DNA from: an uncultured bacterium
GTDB taxonomy: Bacteria; Patescibacteriota; Minisyncoccia; Phycocordibacterales; UBA9973
Direction of reading: 5' to 3'
NCBI GenBank assembly: GCA_903869825.1
Contig: CAIQAL010000028.1
Coordinates: forward strand, 1,315-65,314
Length of the DNA stretch: 64,000 bases
Part shown: piece by piece, positions 1 to 9,892 of the stretch
How positions within the stretch are numbered: position 1 is the first letter of the stretch
How the letters are laid out: each line of letters opens with the position of its first letter
Notes under the pieces: generated by a model
Told to the model about the DNA's origin: nothing
The model's input: only the letters and a program-made list of their open reading frames with translations
The model's database searches: none
Made by a program: the position numbers and the translations under genes

Positions 1-28
1 TTGGGCTGGTTTATGCAATAATGAATCC

Positions 29-262
29 ATGCATTTAATAGCCAAAATACTGCCATATGCGCAGATCGTCTTTTCAGTAGTATTAATTATAGCTATCCTA
101 CTTCAGCAATCAGCCGCTGGCCTAGGTGGAGCACTCGGAGGAGGTGATGACACCTTCCATCATACTCGTCGGGGTTTTGAGAAATTTCTTTTTTACTTAT
201 CGATAGTGATCGGGATTCTTTTTGCTTTATCCGCATTTCTCGCTATAATAATAAAAAGATAG
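29..262 (+). CDS. secG: Preprotein translocase subunit SecG
   Basis: 77 aa, two TM helices flanking LLQQSAAGLGGALGGG...TRRGFEKFL. Confidence 0.9.
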   Translation: MHLIAKILPYAQIVFSVVLIIAILLQQSAAGLGGALGGGDDTFHHTRRGFEKFLFYLSIVIGILFALSAFLAIIIKR

Positions 263-298
263 AAGCTACCGCTAAATTTTTTGCATTTTTTTCTTTAT

Positions 299-2050
299 AT
301 GGAAAATTTCTACAATCGTACCCGTAATTTTATATTGCCTTTACAAAATAAAATTAAAATGGCTCTTTCTTCGTTTTCAAAAAAAGAACGGATTGTTTTT
401 TTAGTTCTTTTGGGAATTTTATTTTTTAGTACTGCAGTTTTACTCGAAAAAGTGAATGAGAATTTTATGGTTAGTGTTCCAGCTAAGGGTGGTTCAATCT
501 CGGAAGGAATTATTGGTTCTCCGAGGTTCATAAATCCAATACTCGCTATTACCTCAGCCGATAATGACTTAGTTTCTCTTGTTTATTCTGGTCTAATGCG
601 AAGAAACACTGAAGGCAATCTGATTCCCGATTTAGCTCAAAAACCGGAGATCTCCAAGGATGGTCTAACTTATACTTTTACATTAAAGAACAACATATCC
701 TTTCAAGATGGGAAACCAGTAACGGCAGATGATGTGATTTTTACTATTAATGAAATAAAAGATCCGATTATAAAAAGTCCAGAAAAAATAAATTGGGACG
801 GAGTGACTGTAGAAAAGGTTGACGAGAAAACAATTAAATTTACGCTCAAACAACCTTATGCTTCATTCTTAGACAATACAACTTTGGGAATTCTTCCAAT
901 GTATTTATGGTCAAATTCACCAATCGAAATAAACGACCACAACATAAGCCCAGTCGGATCCGGTCCTTACCAAGTCACAAAGGTAAATAAACAATCAAAT
1001 GGGGTAATAAATAGTTTAGAATTAAAATCCTTTAATAAATTTGTTTTAGGAGTGCCATACATTGGAAATATCACTTTTAATTTTTACCCCAATGGAAGTG
1101 ACCTAATCTCTGCCCTTTCAAATGGGGACATTTCCCAAGCAAGTTCCATCACTCCTAAAAATGCCGAAGATTTAAAATCAAAAAACTATGTCATTAAATC
1201 TTCTGTCTTGCCAAGAGTTTTTGGGCTTTTCTTCAATCAAAATAAGAATCAAATTTTCACCGACAAAAATTTAAAAGAGGCCATAAATCTCGCTATAGAC
1301 AAAGATAAAATCGTGAACGACGTTCTTTCTGGATATGGGATGGTGACCGATAATCCAATTCCATCAAGTTTGGTTGTTTATGAAAATTCAAACGGTAACA
1401 TCAAAGGGACTACCGAAGAAAATTTTGCAAAAGCCAGTAATCTTTTGGAAAAAGACGGTTGGAAAAAGAACGCCGCTGGTTTTTTGGAAAAGACTGTGAC
1501 GATAAAGAAAAAGAAAACAACCACAACCTTAGAATTTTCAATTTCGACCGGAAATACTCCAGAACTTGCCGAGTCCGCTGAAATTGTAAGACAAAATTTA
1601 ACGGCACTTGGAATGAAAGTGGATGTAAAAACTTTTGAGGTAGGTAACCTGAATCAGTCAATAATTCGTCCACGTGATTATGAAGTGCTTCTATATGGTC
1701 AAATGATTAATCATGAATCCGACTTGCTTTCTTTCTGGCATTCTTCCCAACGAACCGACCCGGGAAGAAACATCGCGATGTATACAAATGCAAAAGTAGA
1801 TAAAATATTGGAAGACGCTTTCACCATGACCGACTCGGAAGCTCGAGCAAAAAAATATGTTCAATTTGAAGACGAAATAAATAAAGATTTGCCGGCGGTA
1901 TTCTTGTATAGCCCAGACTTTATCTACGTAGTATCAAGTGATCTGAAGGGAATTAATGTCGAGCATATTACTTCTCCTTCTGATAGATTCCTTAATTCAT
2001 ATTTATGGTATCTTAAGACAGAAAACATTTGGAAAATGTTTTCTAAATAA
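299..2050 (+). CDS. ABC transporter substrate-binding protein, family 5 (peptide/OppA-like)
   Basis: N-terminal TM; LVYSGLM...IPDLA...YTFTLK...FQDGKPVTADDVIFT; PVGSGPY. ATG 299 preferred over TTG 281. Confidence 0.85.
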   Translation: MENFYNRTRNFILPLQNKIKMALSSFSKKERIVFLVLLGILFFSTAVLLEKVNENFMVSVPAKGGSISEGIIGSPRFINPILAITSADNDLVSLVYSGLMRRNTEGNLIPDLAQKPEISKDGLTYTFTLKNNISFQDGKPVTADDVIFTINEIKDPIIKSPEKINWDGVTVEKVDEKTIKFTLKQPYASFLDNTTLGILPMYLWSNSPIEINDHNISPVGSGPYQVTKVNKQSNGVINSLELKSFNKFVLGVPYIGNITFNFYPNGSDLISALSNGDISQASSITPKNAEDLKSKNYVIKSSVLPRVFGLFFNQNKNQIFTDKNLKEAINLAIDKDKIVNDVLSGYGMVTDNPIPSSLVVYENSNGNIKGTTEENFAKASNLLEKDGWKKNAAGFLEKTVTIKKKKTTTTLEFSISTGNTPELAESAEIVRQNLTALGMKVDVKTFEVGNLNQSIIRPRDYEVLLYGQMINHESDLLSFWHSSQRTDPGRNIAMYTNAKVDKILEDAFTMTDSEARAKKYVQFEDEINKDLPAVFLYSPDFIYVVSSDLKGINVEHITSPSDRFLNSYLWYLKTENIWKMFSK

Positions 2051-2119
2051 AAAACTAGCCCAGACTTTATCTTAATTAAATTTAAAGCCAAAATTATTAA
2101 ACTAAAAAAACAGAAATAA

Positions 2120-4102
2120 ATGACAAAAAAAACAAGACTATCTTTCAGTGCTGTAAGTATTGAAAACAAAAAAGAAGAAAAACCTTCCGAACTTAAATTC
2201 GAACACCGATTCCCCGCCCGAAACTCATTTGGGGCAGGACAATCTCGCCGAGCCGACTCTTACCATTCAGAAAATAAATTTCAAGAAAAGAAAAAAGGAA
2301 TAAAAAATTCTACTTATCAATATTCAAAATTCGGCAAAAAGCAAAACGTCAGAAGAAGTAGTAACTCTGGACTAAAAACTCAGATGAACAGTAACAGTGA
2401 CGGAAAGGTCCCTCAAATTGAAGAAGGGAAAATTCGAATTATTCCGCTAGGTGGAGTCGAAGAAATTGGAAAAAATATGACTGCTATTGAAATCGGAGAA
2501 GACATAATAATAGTCGACGCAGGAATGCACTTTTCTAATGAAGACACTCCAGGAGTAGATTACGTCATTCCAAATACTACTTATCTCGAAGAACACAAAG
2601 ACAAAATCAGAGGCCTTTTTATCACCCACGGACACTTAGATCATATCGGAGGGGTGCCAGTAGTACTGTCTCGAATCGGAAACCCAAAGGTGTATTCCAG
2701 AAATCTCTCTATTCTATTAATGAAAAAACGTCAAGCAGAATTCCCTCACCTGCCACCGCTTCAAGCCGAAGTTGTTGAAAAAAACGAAATCATAACTTGT
2801 GGAAAAATTAAAGTTAGGATTTTCGGAGTTACTCACACCATCCCGGACTCGATGGGAATAATCATTGAAACAAAAAATGGTTGGATCGTGACTCCGGGCG
2901 ATTATAAGCTAGACCAAGTAGATGGTATCGTAAGTCAAGAAGAAGAAAAAGTTTATTCCATTTTTGACAAAGCAAAAGTACTTTTGTTAATGACCGACTC
3001 AACCAACATTGAAAATGAAGGATTCTCACTTCCTGAAATTAAAGTGCACCAAGGACTCGAAAACTTAATTAAAAAAATAAACGGCCGAATAATTATAGCT
3101 GCTTTCGCTTCTCATATTACCCGTCTCACTCACGTGGTAAAAGTTGCAGAAGCCCTCGGCAAAAAAATTGCTATCGATGGCCGTTCAATGAAAACTAACA
3201 TCGATGTTGCGATTGAGGCCGGATATTTCAAACCAAAAAAAGATACAATTATTCCGATTGAAGAAGCAGACAGCTATCCTCCAAACAAAGTTGTTATCCT
3301 AATGACTGGTTCTCAAGGAGAAGAATTTGCTGCATTGTCGAGAGCTGCCAACAAATCGCATAAAAAATTCGGGATCAAAAAGGGAGACACTATTATCCTT
3401 TCAGCTTCGGTTGTGCCGGGAAATGAAATCAAAGTACAAAGAATTAAGGACAATCTTTCTCGTCAAGGAGTAAAAATACTAAGTTATCGAACCGCGGGAG
3501 AAGACTTTATCCACGCAACTGGACACGGGAACAAAGAAGATATAAGATGGCTCCACCGAAAAACGCATCCAAAATTTTTTATCCCGATTCACGGCAATCA
3601 TTTTATGCTTGAACTTCATAAAGAAGTCGCAATGGAATTGGGAATGCCAGAAGACCATATTATCGTTCCTGACAATGGTTCGGTAATTGAAATTTCCGCT
3701 GATGGAAACAAAATGGTCCTCCGAAAAGAAAAGGCTCCAAGTGCTCCTATGATGGTAGATGGACTAGCAATTTCAGATGTACAAGACGTAGTTATCCGCG
3801 ACCGAGTAATGCTTGCTCAAGATGGAATGTTTGTAGTTATCGCGGTGATAGATCAAAATACTGGCAAACTTAAAAAGTCCCCTGACTTGATTTCCCGTGG
3901 TTTTGTTTACTTGAAAGAAAACCAGGAACTTCTTCGACAAGTACGAATCATTATCAAAAAATCAGTAGAAGACTCCACGATGAAAATGAACCCACTTGAT
4001 CTTGATCATATCAAGAATAATTTAGGAGAAATTATTTCAAAATATCTTTATCAAAAAACAGCCAAGCGCCCACTTGTTATTCCAGTTGTCTTAAGTGTCT
4101 AA
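2120..4102 (+). CDS. rnj: Ribonuclease J with ~100-aa polar N-terminal extension
   Basis: IIPLGGVEEIGKNM, THGHLDHIG metallo-beta-lactamase motif, HATGHG, PIHG, SRGFVY. Confidence 0.95.
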   Translation: MTKKTRLSFSAVSIENKKEEKPSELKFEHRFPARNSFGAGQSRRADSYHSENKFQEKKKGIKNSTYQYSKFGKKQNVRRSSNSGLKTQMNSNSDGKVPQIEEGKIRIIPLGGVEEIGKNMTAIEIGEDIIIVDAGMHFSNEDTPGVDYVIPNTTYLEEHKDKIRGLFITHGHLDHIGGVPVVLSRIGNPKVYSRNLSILLMKKRQAEFPHLPPLQAEVVEKNEIITCGKIKVRIFGVTHTIPDSMGIIIETKNGWIVTPGDYKLDQVDGIVSQEEEKVYSIFDKAKVLLLMTDSTNIENEGFSLPEIKVHQGLENLIKKINGRIIIAAFASHITRLTHVVKVAEALGKKIAIDGRSMKTNIDVAIEAGYFKPKKDTIIPIEEADSYPPNKVVILMTGSQGEEFAALSRAANKSHKKFGIKKGDTIILSASVVPGNEIKVQRIKDNLSRQGVKILSYRTAGEDFIHATGHGNKEDIRWLHRKTHPKFFIPIHGNHFMLELHKEVAMELGMPEDHIIVPDNGSVIEISADGNKMVLRKEKAPSAPMMVDGLAISDVQDVVIRDRVMLAQDGMFVVIAVIDQNTGKLKKSPDLISRGFVYLKENQELLRQVRIIIKKSVEDSTMKMNPLDLDHIKNNLGEIISKYLYQKTAKRPLVIPVVLSV

Positions 4103-4120
4103 ATATTAAAAATAGCAAAT

Positions 4121-5269
4121 ATGCCAAATCATAAAAACATCACATATCTGGCAGGATTCTTGTTTTCCGTTTCTCTCGCTCTCATTTCTTATGTTAACTC
4201 CAGTTTCCTAGGTAGATTTGTTAGCGAGTATTCGGTTGGAGCTATTTTTATTATAGCATCAATCCTGACTGTCTGGTCCCTTCTTAAAATGCCAATAATT
4301 CTTGCGCAACTAGGAAACCGCTTCACTGCTCTTTTGTTTTCTTTGTTGAATTTTATTGCCCTCTGTGTGATGGCACTGGCAGGAAATGCTTACATTGTTA
4401 TTCCGGCTTTTATATTATTTTTTATTTCGATGAATTTTCTTATTGCATCGTTTGATATTTTTGTCGAGGATATGTCAAAAAATCACTCGGTTGGAAAACT
4501 ACGCGGACTGTTCTTAATGACTGTTAATATTGCCTGGATTTTGGCTCAAATTATTTCGAGTTCGCTAGTAGCAAGTGGTTCTTTCCGAGGAGTATATTTC
4601 TTTTCAGCAAGCTTTATGTTTCTCGTTTCAGTAATTTTTCTTTTTTTCTTTGGGAATTTCAAGGACCCGAAGTACATAAAGGTGCCGATATTGAAAACAC
4701 TAAGAGTGTTTATCCAAAATAGAAATATTTCAAAAATATATTTAATAAATCTTATCTTAAAATTATTTTTTGCCTGGATGGTTATCTACTCTCCAATCTA
4801 TATGTCGGAATATCTTCACTTCAACTGGGAGCAAATAGGAATTATCCTTACTATTATGCTTATCCCTTTTGTTTTAGTAGATTATCCTCTCGGAAGGTTA
4901 TCGGACAAAATTGGTGAAAAGAAAATATTAATTACCGGTTTTTTAATTAGCATCTTCTTTACTTTCCTGATTCCTTTTATTAATAGCGCAAGCGTCCTTG
5001 TCTGGGCGGGCGTTTTTTTCTGTACTCGGATTGGAGCTGCTAGTATCGAAGTAATGAGTGAAGGTTATTTCTTCAAAGTAGTCAAGGAAAAAAACGCGGA
5101 TGAAGTTAGTTTTTTCCGAAATACTTTTCCCCTTTCTTACATTATCGCTCCCGCCATTGCCACTCCTTTACTGTTTATCCTCCCATCTTTTAATTTTTTA
5201 TTTTTTATTATTGCTGCCTTTTTGCTTTTAGGACTCCTAATAACTTTACGGCTTCGAGACATTAAATAA
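4121..5269 (+). CDS. MFS transporter
   Basis: ~12 TM segments; GRLSDKIGEKK motif A. Confidence 0.85.
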   Translation: MPNHKNITYLAGFLFSVSLALISYVNSSFLGRFVSEYSVGAIFIIASILTVWSLLKMPIILAQLGNRFTALLFSLLNFIALCVMALAGNAYIVIPAFILFFISMNFLIASFDIFVEDMSKNHSVGKLRGLFLMTVNIAWILAQIISSSLVASGSFRGVYFFSASFMFLVSVIFLFFFGNFKDPKYIKVPILKTLRVFIQNRNISKIYLINLILKLFFAWMVIYSPIYMSEYLHFNWEQIGIILTIMLIPFVLVDYPLGRLSDKIGEKKILITGFLISIFFTFLIPFINSASVLVWAGVFFCTRIGAASIEVMSEGYFFKVVKEKNADEVSFFRNTFPLSYIIAPAIATPLLFILPSFNFLFFIIAAFLLLGLLITLRLRDIK

Positions 5270-5272
5270 TAT

Positions 5273-6577
5273 CTATTTGGCAGCTTCCAGCGTAACTTGA
5301 ACAGTCTTTTCTACCCCCCTATGGAGAATTTTTAAGGTAATAGCATCCCCGACATTTTTACTGCGAATAGCCATAGCCAAAGAATTTTGATCGTCAATTT
5401 TTACTCCATTTACTTCCAAAAGTATGTCATTTTCCACGATCCCTGCTTTATCCGCTGGACTTCCGGGAATGACCGCAAGGTCAGTCGCCTGGTTCCCTGG
5501 TTTAACAAGGACTCCATAATCTACAGAAAGTTTATTGGCATCTTTGATTTCAGGAGTAATTGAAATATATCTGACCCCTAAATATGGTCGAATAATTTTT
5601 CCTGTATTTTTTACCGAGGTGATTGACCCCTCAATAGAATTTACTGGAAGAGCAAAACCTACATTTTGAGAACCTTGCGCAATCGCCACATTTATACCGA
5701 TAACTCGTCCAGAAAGATCAAGCAACGGGCCACCAGAATTTCCAGGATTAATGGCTGCATCTGTTTGAATAACATGGTCCAAGGTTTCAGTGCCGCCGCC
5801 CGTCGTATCTCCAGCGGTAATTGAACGAGTAAGTCCTGAAACAACCCCGACAGAAACAGAGTTTCTAAATTCCCCAAGTGCATTTCCGATTGCGATTACA
5901 CTTTGACCAACTTGGAGATTATCCGAATTACCAAAAGAAAGTGGTGGGTAATCTGAACCATCGATTTTTATCAGTGCAACGTCGAGTATTGGGTCCTTGG
6001 CGATCACTTTTGCCGTATGTTTTTTACCATCATTGGTATAAACCGTGTAATCCACTCCTAGCTGATCTACCACATGTTTATTGGTAACAATCAAGCCATT
6101 GCTTGATACAAAAAATCCTGATCCTCCTCCGATGTCTTTTTTTTGAGTTCCATTCTGACAATACTGCGGAATGTTGAAGAAATTATTTGGTAGCCCTGGG
6201 AAAAGATCTTCGAAGGGATTTCGATTCTGTCCATTGGGATCAGTGCAAGTCTGGTATTTTGGTACATTTTGGCTAAGGATAATAGAAACAACAGCAGGGC
6301 TCGATTTTTTAACTGCATCAACGACCAAAGACTCTTGGGAGAGGATGGACTGTTTTTCAAAAGTAACAGCACCCGCCTGAGAATTACTTGGCAATTTGGA
6401 TTCTCGTAAATATTCTTTAGCAAAATAACCAAAAACATTTGCTCGATAAATCCAAACTATCCCGAATCCAATAATCAAAATTAAAAAAAAAGAAACAAGA
6501 CTAGCAAGAAAAGCATATACAAATGTCTTATTTGAAAATGCTTTTTTAAACATTTCTTTTAGATTTGTATTTTTCAT
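5273..6577 (-). CDS. htrA: HtrA/DegP-family serine protease (TM + trypsin + PDZ)
   Basis: TNKHVV, DVALIK, QTDAAINPGNSGGPL; C-terminal PDZ. Confidence 0.92.
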   Translation of the reverse strand: MKNTNLKEMFKKAFSNKTFVYAFLASLVSFFLILIIGFGIVWIYRANVFGYFAKEYLRESKLPSNSQAGAVTFEKQSILSQESLVVDAVKKSSPAVVSIILSQNVPKYQTCTDPNGQNRNPFEDLFPGLPNNFFNIPQYCQNGTQKKDIGGGSGFFVSSNGLIVTNKHVVDQLGVDYTVYTNDGKKHTAKVIAKDPILDVALIKIDGSDYPPLSFGNSDNLQVGQSVIAIGNALGEFRNSVSVGVVSGLTRSITAGDTTGGGTETLDHVIQTDAAINPGNSGGPLLDLSGRVIGINVAIAQGSQNVGFALPVNSIEGSITSVKNTGKIIRPYLGVRYISITPEIKDANKLSVDYGVLVKPGNQATDLAVIPGSPADKAGIVENDILLEVNGVKIDDQNSLAMAIRSKNVGDAITLKILHRGVEKTVQVTLEAAK

Positions 6578-6643
6578 ATAGTAGTAATTATTAATAATAA
6601 TTAGCCTATTTATTTCATAGGTAAAAAATATTATATCAATGCT

Positions 6644-7057
6644 TTATTTCTTTAGCAAATGATTTTTGTAAATATGTGCTTTATATGGCTTTAACCTTCT
6701 TACCTTAGTGATTAAACCATTTATTTCCAAATCTTTTTTTAAGTCTTTCACGTATGCCCTCTGGTCGTAGCCAAGTGCAATAATATCGGGATCCTCTTTT
6801 ACTATTTGTGATAAGTAATTATTCAAGCCTCCTAAAACAACTTTATCTGCTATTCTAGTTTTTTTTACCAAAACCAATCTTTTCTTTTCCGAAAAATCTG
6901 GTATTTTGTCTTTGATTCTTTTAACGTTTATATCTCGCGCAATTGAAACAATTAAAAACGAGTTTTTGGCTAACTTTTTTGCCTGTTTGAAAAAATTCAA
7001 ATGCCCTCTGTGGATTCCATCAAAAGTTCCAAACACCATTACTTTTATCTTTTTCAT
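6644..7057 (-). CDS. Cytidylyltransferase-family protein (RibL/FAD synthase-like)
   Basis: FGTFDGIHRGH (HIGH motif), PDIIALGYDQ. Confidence 0.8.
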   Translation of the reverse strand: MKKIKVMVFGTFDGIHRGHLNFFKQAKKLAKNSFLIVSIARDINVKRIKDKIPDFSEKKRLVLVKKTRIADKVVLGGLNNYLSQIVKEDPDIIALGYDQRAYVKDLKKDLEINGLITKVRRLKPYKAHIYKNHLLKK

Positions 7058-7112
7058 CTATCTATTATATCAAATCTTATCCACACGTAAAATTTACCCC
7101 GTCTTTATCGGG

Positions 7113-7141
7113 TTGACTTCAATTTTACGAAAGCATAGAAT
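7113..7141 (+). promoter_or_regulatory. Sigma70 promoter upstream of cobalamin riboswitch
   Basis: TTGACT (7113-7118), 17-bp spacer, TAGAAT (7136-7141). Confidence 0.75.
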
Positions 7142-7280
7142 AAAGAAGTTCGTATAGTAATTTATATAAGTGATTGGGGAAACTGGTTTGATTCCAGTAC
7201 AGTGCCGCTACGGTAAGCCCTCTTGGGGGACGAGTCCGAATACCAATCATTTAAGACAATCCCGAGCAGGAAACTTCTTT
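7142..7280 (+). ncRNA. Cobalamin (B12) riboswitch, compact form
   Basis: GGGAA followed by ACTGG-tttgatt-CCAGT hairpin, ACAGT-GCCGCT-ACGGT hairpin, B12-box-like AGTCCGAATACC; TGATTGG (7171-7177) pairs with CCAATCA (7243-7249); precedes DUF4430-like genes. Confidence 0.88.
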
Positions 7281-7291
7281 TTTGGAAGCCC

Positions 7292-7320
7292 AAAATTCTG
7301 CCGGAAGCAGAATTTTTTTT
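7292..7320 (+). terminator. Intrinsic terminator (riboswitch expression platform)
   Basis: AAAATTCTGC-cggaa-GCAGAATTTT plus T-run ending 4 nt before ATG 7325. Confidence 0.8.
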
Positions 7321-7324
7321 ATTT

Positions 7325-7759
7325 ATGAGTAAAAAAACCGAAAAATTAATATTGATTATCTTTCTAATTTTTGTTTGTTTGCTATTTATTCGTATTTATA
7401 AAAAATTTCCTGTGTCCCCCGCTCTCAGCCAGAAAGTAGAACCGTCCACCATCAATAAAAAAACAACCCCTATAGGAATTTTTTTTGAAATAAACGGCCT
7501 AAAATATGAAAACATGATATCGGGGCCCTTGAGTGTTTATAGTTTTATGGAAAATTTACAAAACAACGGAAAAATAACTTTCAAAGATAAAACTTATTCA
7601 GGAATGGGAAAATTGATTGAGAGTATTAATGGGGTAAAAAACGGTGGGGAAAAAAATTGGATTTATTATGTAAATGGTAAAAAAGCAACAATCGGTGTGT
7701 CGAATTATCAAATAAACAATGGGGACATTGTCTCATGGCATTATGAAAAGAGTTATTAA
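7325..7759 (+). CDS. Membrane-anchored DUF4430 (transcobalamin beta-domain-like) protein
   Basis: N-terminal TM; GKLIESINGVKNGGEKNWIYYVNGKKATIGVSNYQINNGDIVSWHY. Listed TTG 7223 lies inside the riboswitch, so ATG 7325 is used. Confidence 0.85.
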   Translation: MSKKTEKLILIIFLIFVCLLFIRIYKKFPVSPALSQKVEPSTINKKTTPIGIFFEINGLKYENMISGPLSVYSFMENLQNNGKITFKDKTYSGMGKLIESINGVKNGGEKNWIYYVNGKKATIGVSNYQINNGDIVSWHYEKSY

Positions 7760-9269
7760 AGTTTTAGTGTTAATTATGGTTTTATTTATCAGCCGTAGTG
7801 TTTTTGCAAATACTCCAGTACATTTAAAAATCCAAATAGATACCGGCATTATCTATGATAGTGATATGGAAGTTGAACCGTGTGACAGTGAAGGCGATGG
7901 AGTAATGAAAGAAACCGCATACTGTGCTTTAGTTAAATCAGGAATTCCTAGCGAATGGTCCGGGCTGTGGACAAATTCAATCAATGGAATCGTAAATAAT
8001 GATAACAATAATGGTGCATACTGGATGTGGCTTGCTAACCTAAACACAAACAATCCATACTCGGATTTTGCTTGTCATCAAGATGCCCCTTATAGCTGTT
8101 CAGCCAAACAGTACATATTAAATCCAAATGATAATATATTATTTTATTACAATATAAATCCGCTTAGCCCACCAGCCCCTGACCCTGTCCCTATTTCAAA
8201 CGGTGGAGGCGGAAGTGGTGGAGGAAGAATAATGTTCAAACCCATAGTGCCAAAAGTCACCTTTGACATTGATAAGGCATATAAATTTTTAGCCGACCAA
8301 CAAAAAATTAATGGCACTTGGGGAGAAGAAATTTATACGGATTGGTCAACCCTAGCACTAATGGGAACAGACAAATATCAGAACACTAAGATCAAATTAA
8401 CTAAATATTATTCCAGTAACAAAATAAAAGGCACTCTGCTTACCGATTATGAAAGACGAGCAATCGCGACAATGTCCTTAGGAATTAATCCATATAATAT
8501 TAACGGAGAAAATTATATCGAAAAAATAACCAATACTTTTGACGGAAAACAATTTGGCGATCCAAACGAAGAGAACGATGATATTTTTGCGCTCGTGGTA
8601 CTGCAGAATGCCGGTTATGAAACCGGAAATAAAATGATTTCGGGTGATATAGTTTTTATTCTTAACAACCAAAAAATAGATGGCTCTTGGAATGACAGTA
8701 TCGACCTGACTGGTGCTGCAATCGAAGCTCTCGCATTCTCAAAAGAAAATCTCCTAGTAAAAAGCGCCTTAGAAAAGGCAGCAATTTATTTAAAACAAAA
8801 TCAAAAAACGGATGGCGGCTTTGGAAATATCTCTACCACCGCTTGGGCGATGCAAGGAATTTTGGCTCTTGGTGAAAAACCGATTGATTGGGTAAAAACC
8901 AATTCCACTGGTGACGGGACAAGCACTCCACTTGATTATTTGGCTATCAATCAGGACATTGATGGCGGGATAAAAGAAACTGACCTAAACTCTAAAATTT
9001 GGGAAACCGCTTATGTCCTTTCATCTGTTGCTGGAAACCCCTGGAATCAAACAATCCAAAAATTTAAACAACCAGAACCGGAAGTTAAACCTGTGGCAGT
9101 TGAAAAACAAAACATACTAAAACCTAAAATAACCAAAACAAAAAATTTGGAATCTATCAGCGCTACCCCTCCTGCCCCAGAAATAATTATTCCAACAAAT
9201 ACCGTCCCAGTAAAAAAAGAAAATGGTTTTAAAAGGTTTATAAATAAAATTATGGGAATTTTCTTCTAA
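7743..9269 (+). CDS. Secreted protein: DUF4430-like beta domain + prenyltransferase/squalene-cyclase alpha/alpha barrel + Pro/Lys-rich tail
   Basis: Signal peptide MKRVIKVLV..VFA; NSINGIVN..AYWMWLAN..YILNPNDNILFYY; QW-like repeats QKINGTW, QKIDGSW, QKTDGGF, QDIDGGI. Confidence 0.8.
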   Translation: MKRVIKVLVLIMVLFISRSVFANTPVHLKIQIDTGIIYDSDMEVEPCDSEGDGVMKETAYCALVKSGIPSEWSGLWTNSINGIVNNDNNNGAYWMWLANLNTNNPYSDFACHQDAPYSCSAKQYILNPNDNILFYYNINPLSPPAPDPVPISNGGGGSGGGRIMFKPIVPKVTFDIDKAYKFLADQQKINGTWGEEIYTDWSTLALMGTDKYQNTKIKLTKYYSSNKIKGTLLTDYERRAIATMSLGINPYNINGENYIEKITNTFDGKQFGDPNEENDDIFALVVLQNAGYETGNKMISGDIVFILNNQKIDGSWNDSIDLTGAAIEALAFSKENLLVKSALEKAAIYLKQNQKTDGGFGNISTTAWAMQGILALGEKPIDWVKTNSTGDGTSTPLDYLAINQDIDGGIKETDLNSKIWETAYVLSSVAGNPWNQTIQKFKQPEPEVKPVAVEKQNILKPKITKTKNLESISATPPAPEIIIPTNTVPVKKENGFKRFINKIMGIFF

Positions 9270-9892
9270 CGGATAACAAAAAATCCTAGCAAGACCGCAA
9301 CAATATTGAGCACCGAATGTGCAATCGAAATAAGCACTAGATTCGGATACTTCAAATAAAGCAAAGCAAAGAAAATCCCAGAAACAAAAGCAATAGGTAA
9401 GCCTATCCCTAAATTCGGAAAAATAATATGTAAGAGCGTAAACAAAATGGCGTTAAACAGAATAATCAAGTATTTATTTGAGTATAATTTCTCTAATCTT
9501 GGAATAAGGAAGGAACGAAAAGCGAATTCCTGAAAAAACGAAATTGGAATAAAAAAAATCCAAGTGTGAATAATATATTTTTTAGTGTCAATGTCTGGCA
9601 TATTTAGTTTGTGATCAATAAGGAAAAGAGCAATAATCCCCACCACCACAAAAGAAAAATAAAAAGGCAAGGATTTTTTAAAATTGTCATGCCGAACACC
9701 CATCTCTTCAAAACTCCATTCTTCTTTTCGAATAATTCCGTAAATAACAAGCGAACTAATGGCAAGCATCACGAAACGCCAACTAACAGGCAGAATATGA
9801 AAATACAATAAAAAAACCGGTAAGACAAAAATAATGAAAATCTGAACCAATATTAATCTTTTAGATGGTAAGTTGGTCATATTTTTATTCAA
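9266..9892 (-). CDS. CPBP/Abi-family intramembrane metalloprotease
   Basis: QEFAFRSF, LFTLLH, HSVLN motifs in a multi-TM protein. Confidence 0.85.
   Translation of the reverse strand: MNKNMTNLPSKRLILVQIFIIFVLPVFLLYFHILPVSWRFVMLAISSLVIYGIIRKEEWSFEEMGVRHDNFKKSLPFYFSFVVVGIIALFLIDHKLNMPDIDTKKYIIHTWIFFIPISFFQEFAFRSFLIPRLEKLYSNKYLIILFNAILFTLLHIIFPNLGIGLPIAFVSGIFFALLYLKYPNLVLISIAHSVLNIVAVLLGFFVIR

Noticed and set aside
7223-7324. N-terminal 34 codons of the listed 178-aa ORF
   Set aside because: They lie inside the riboswitch and terminator; ATG 7325 gives a normal membrane-anchored N-terminus.
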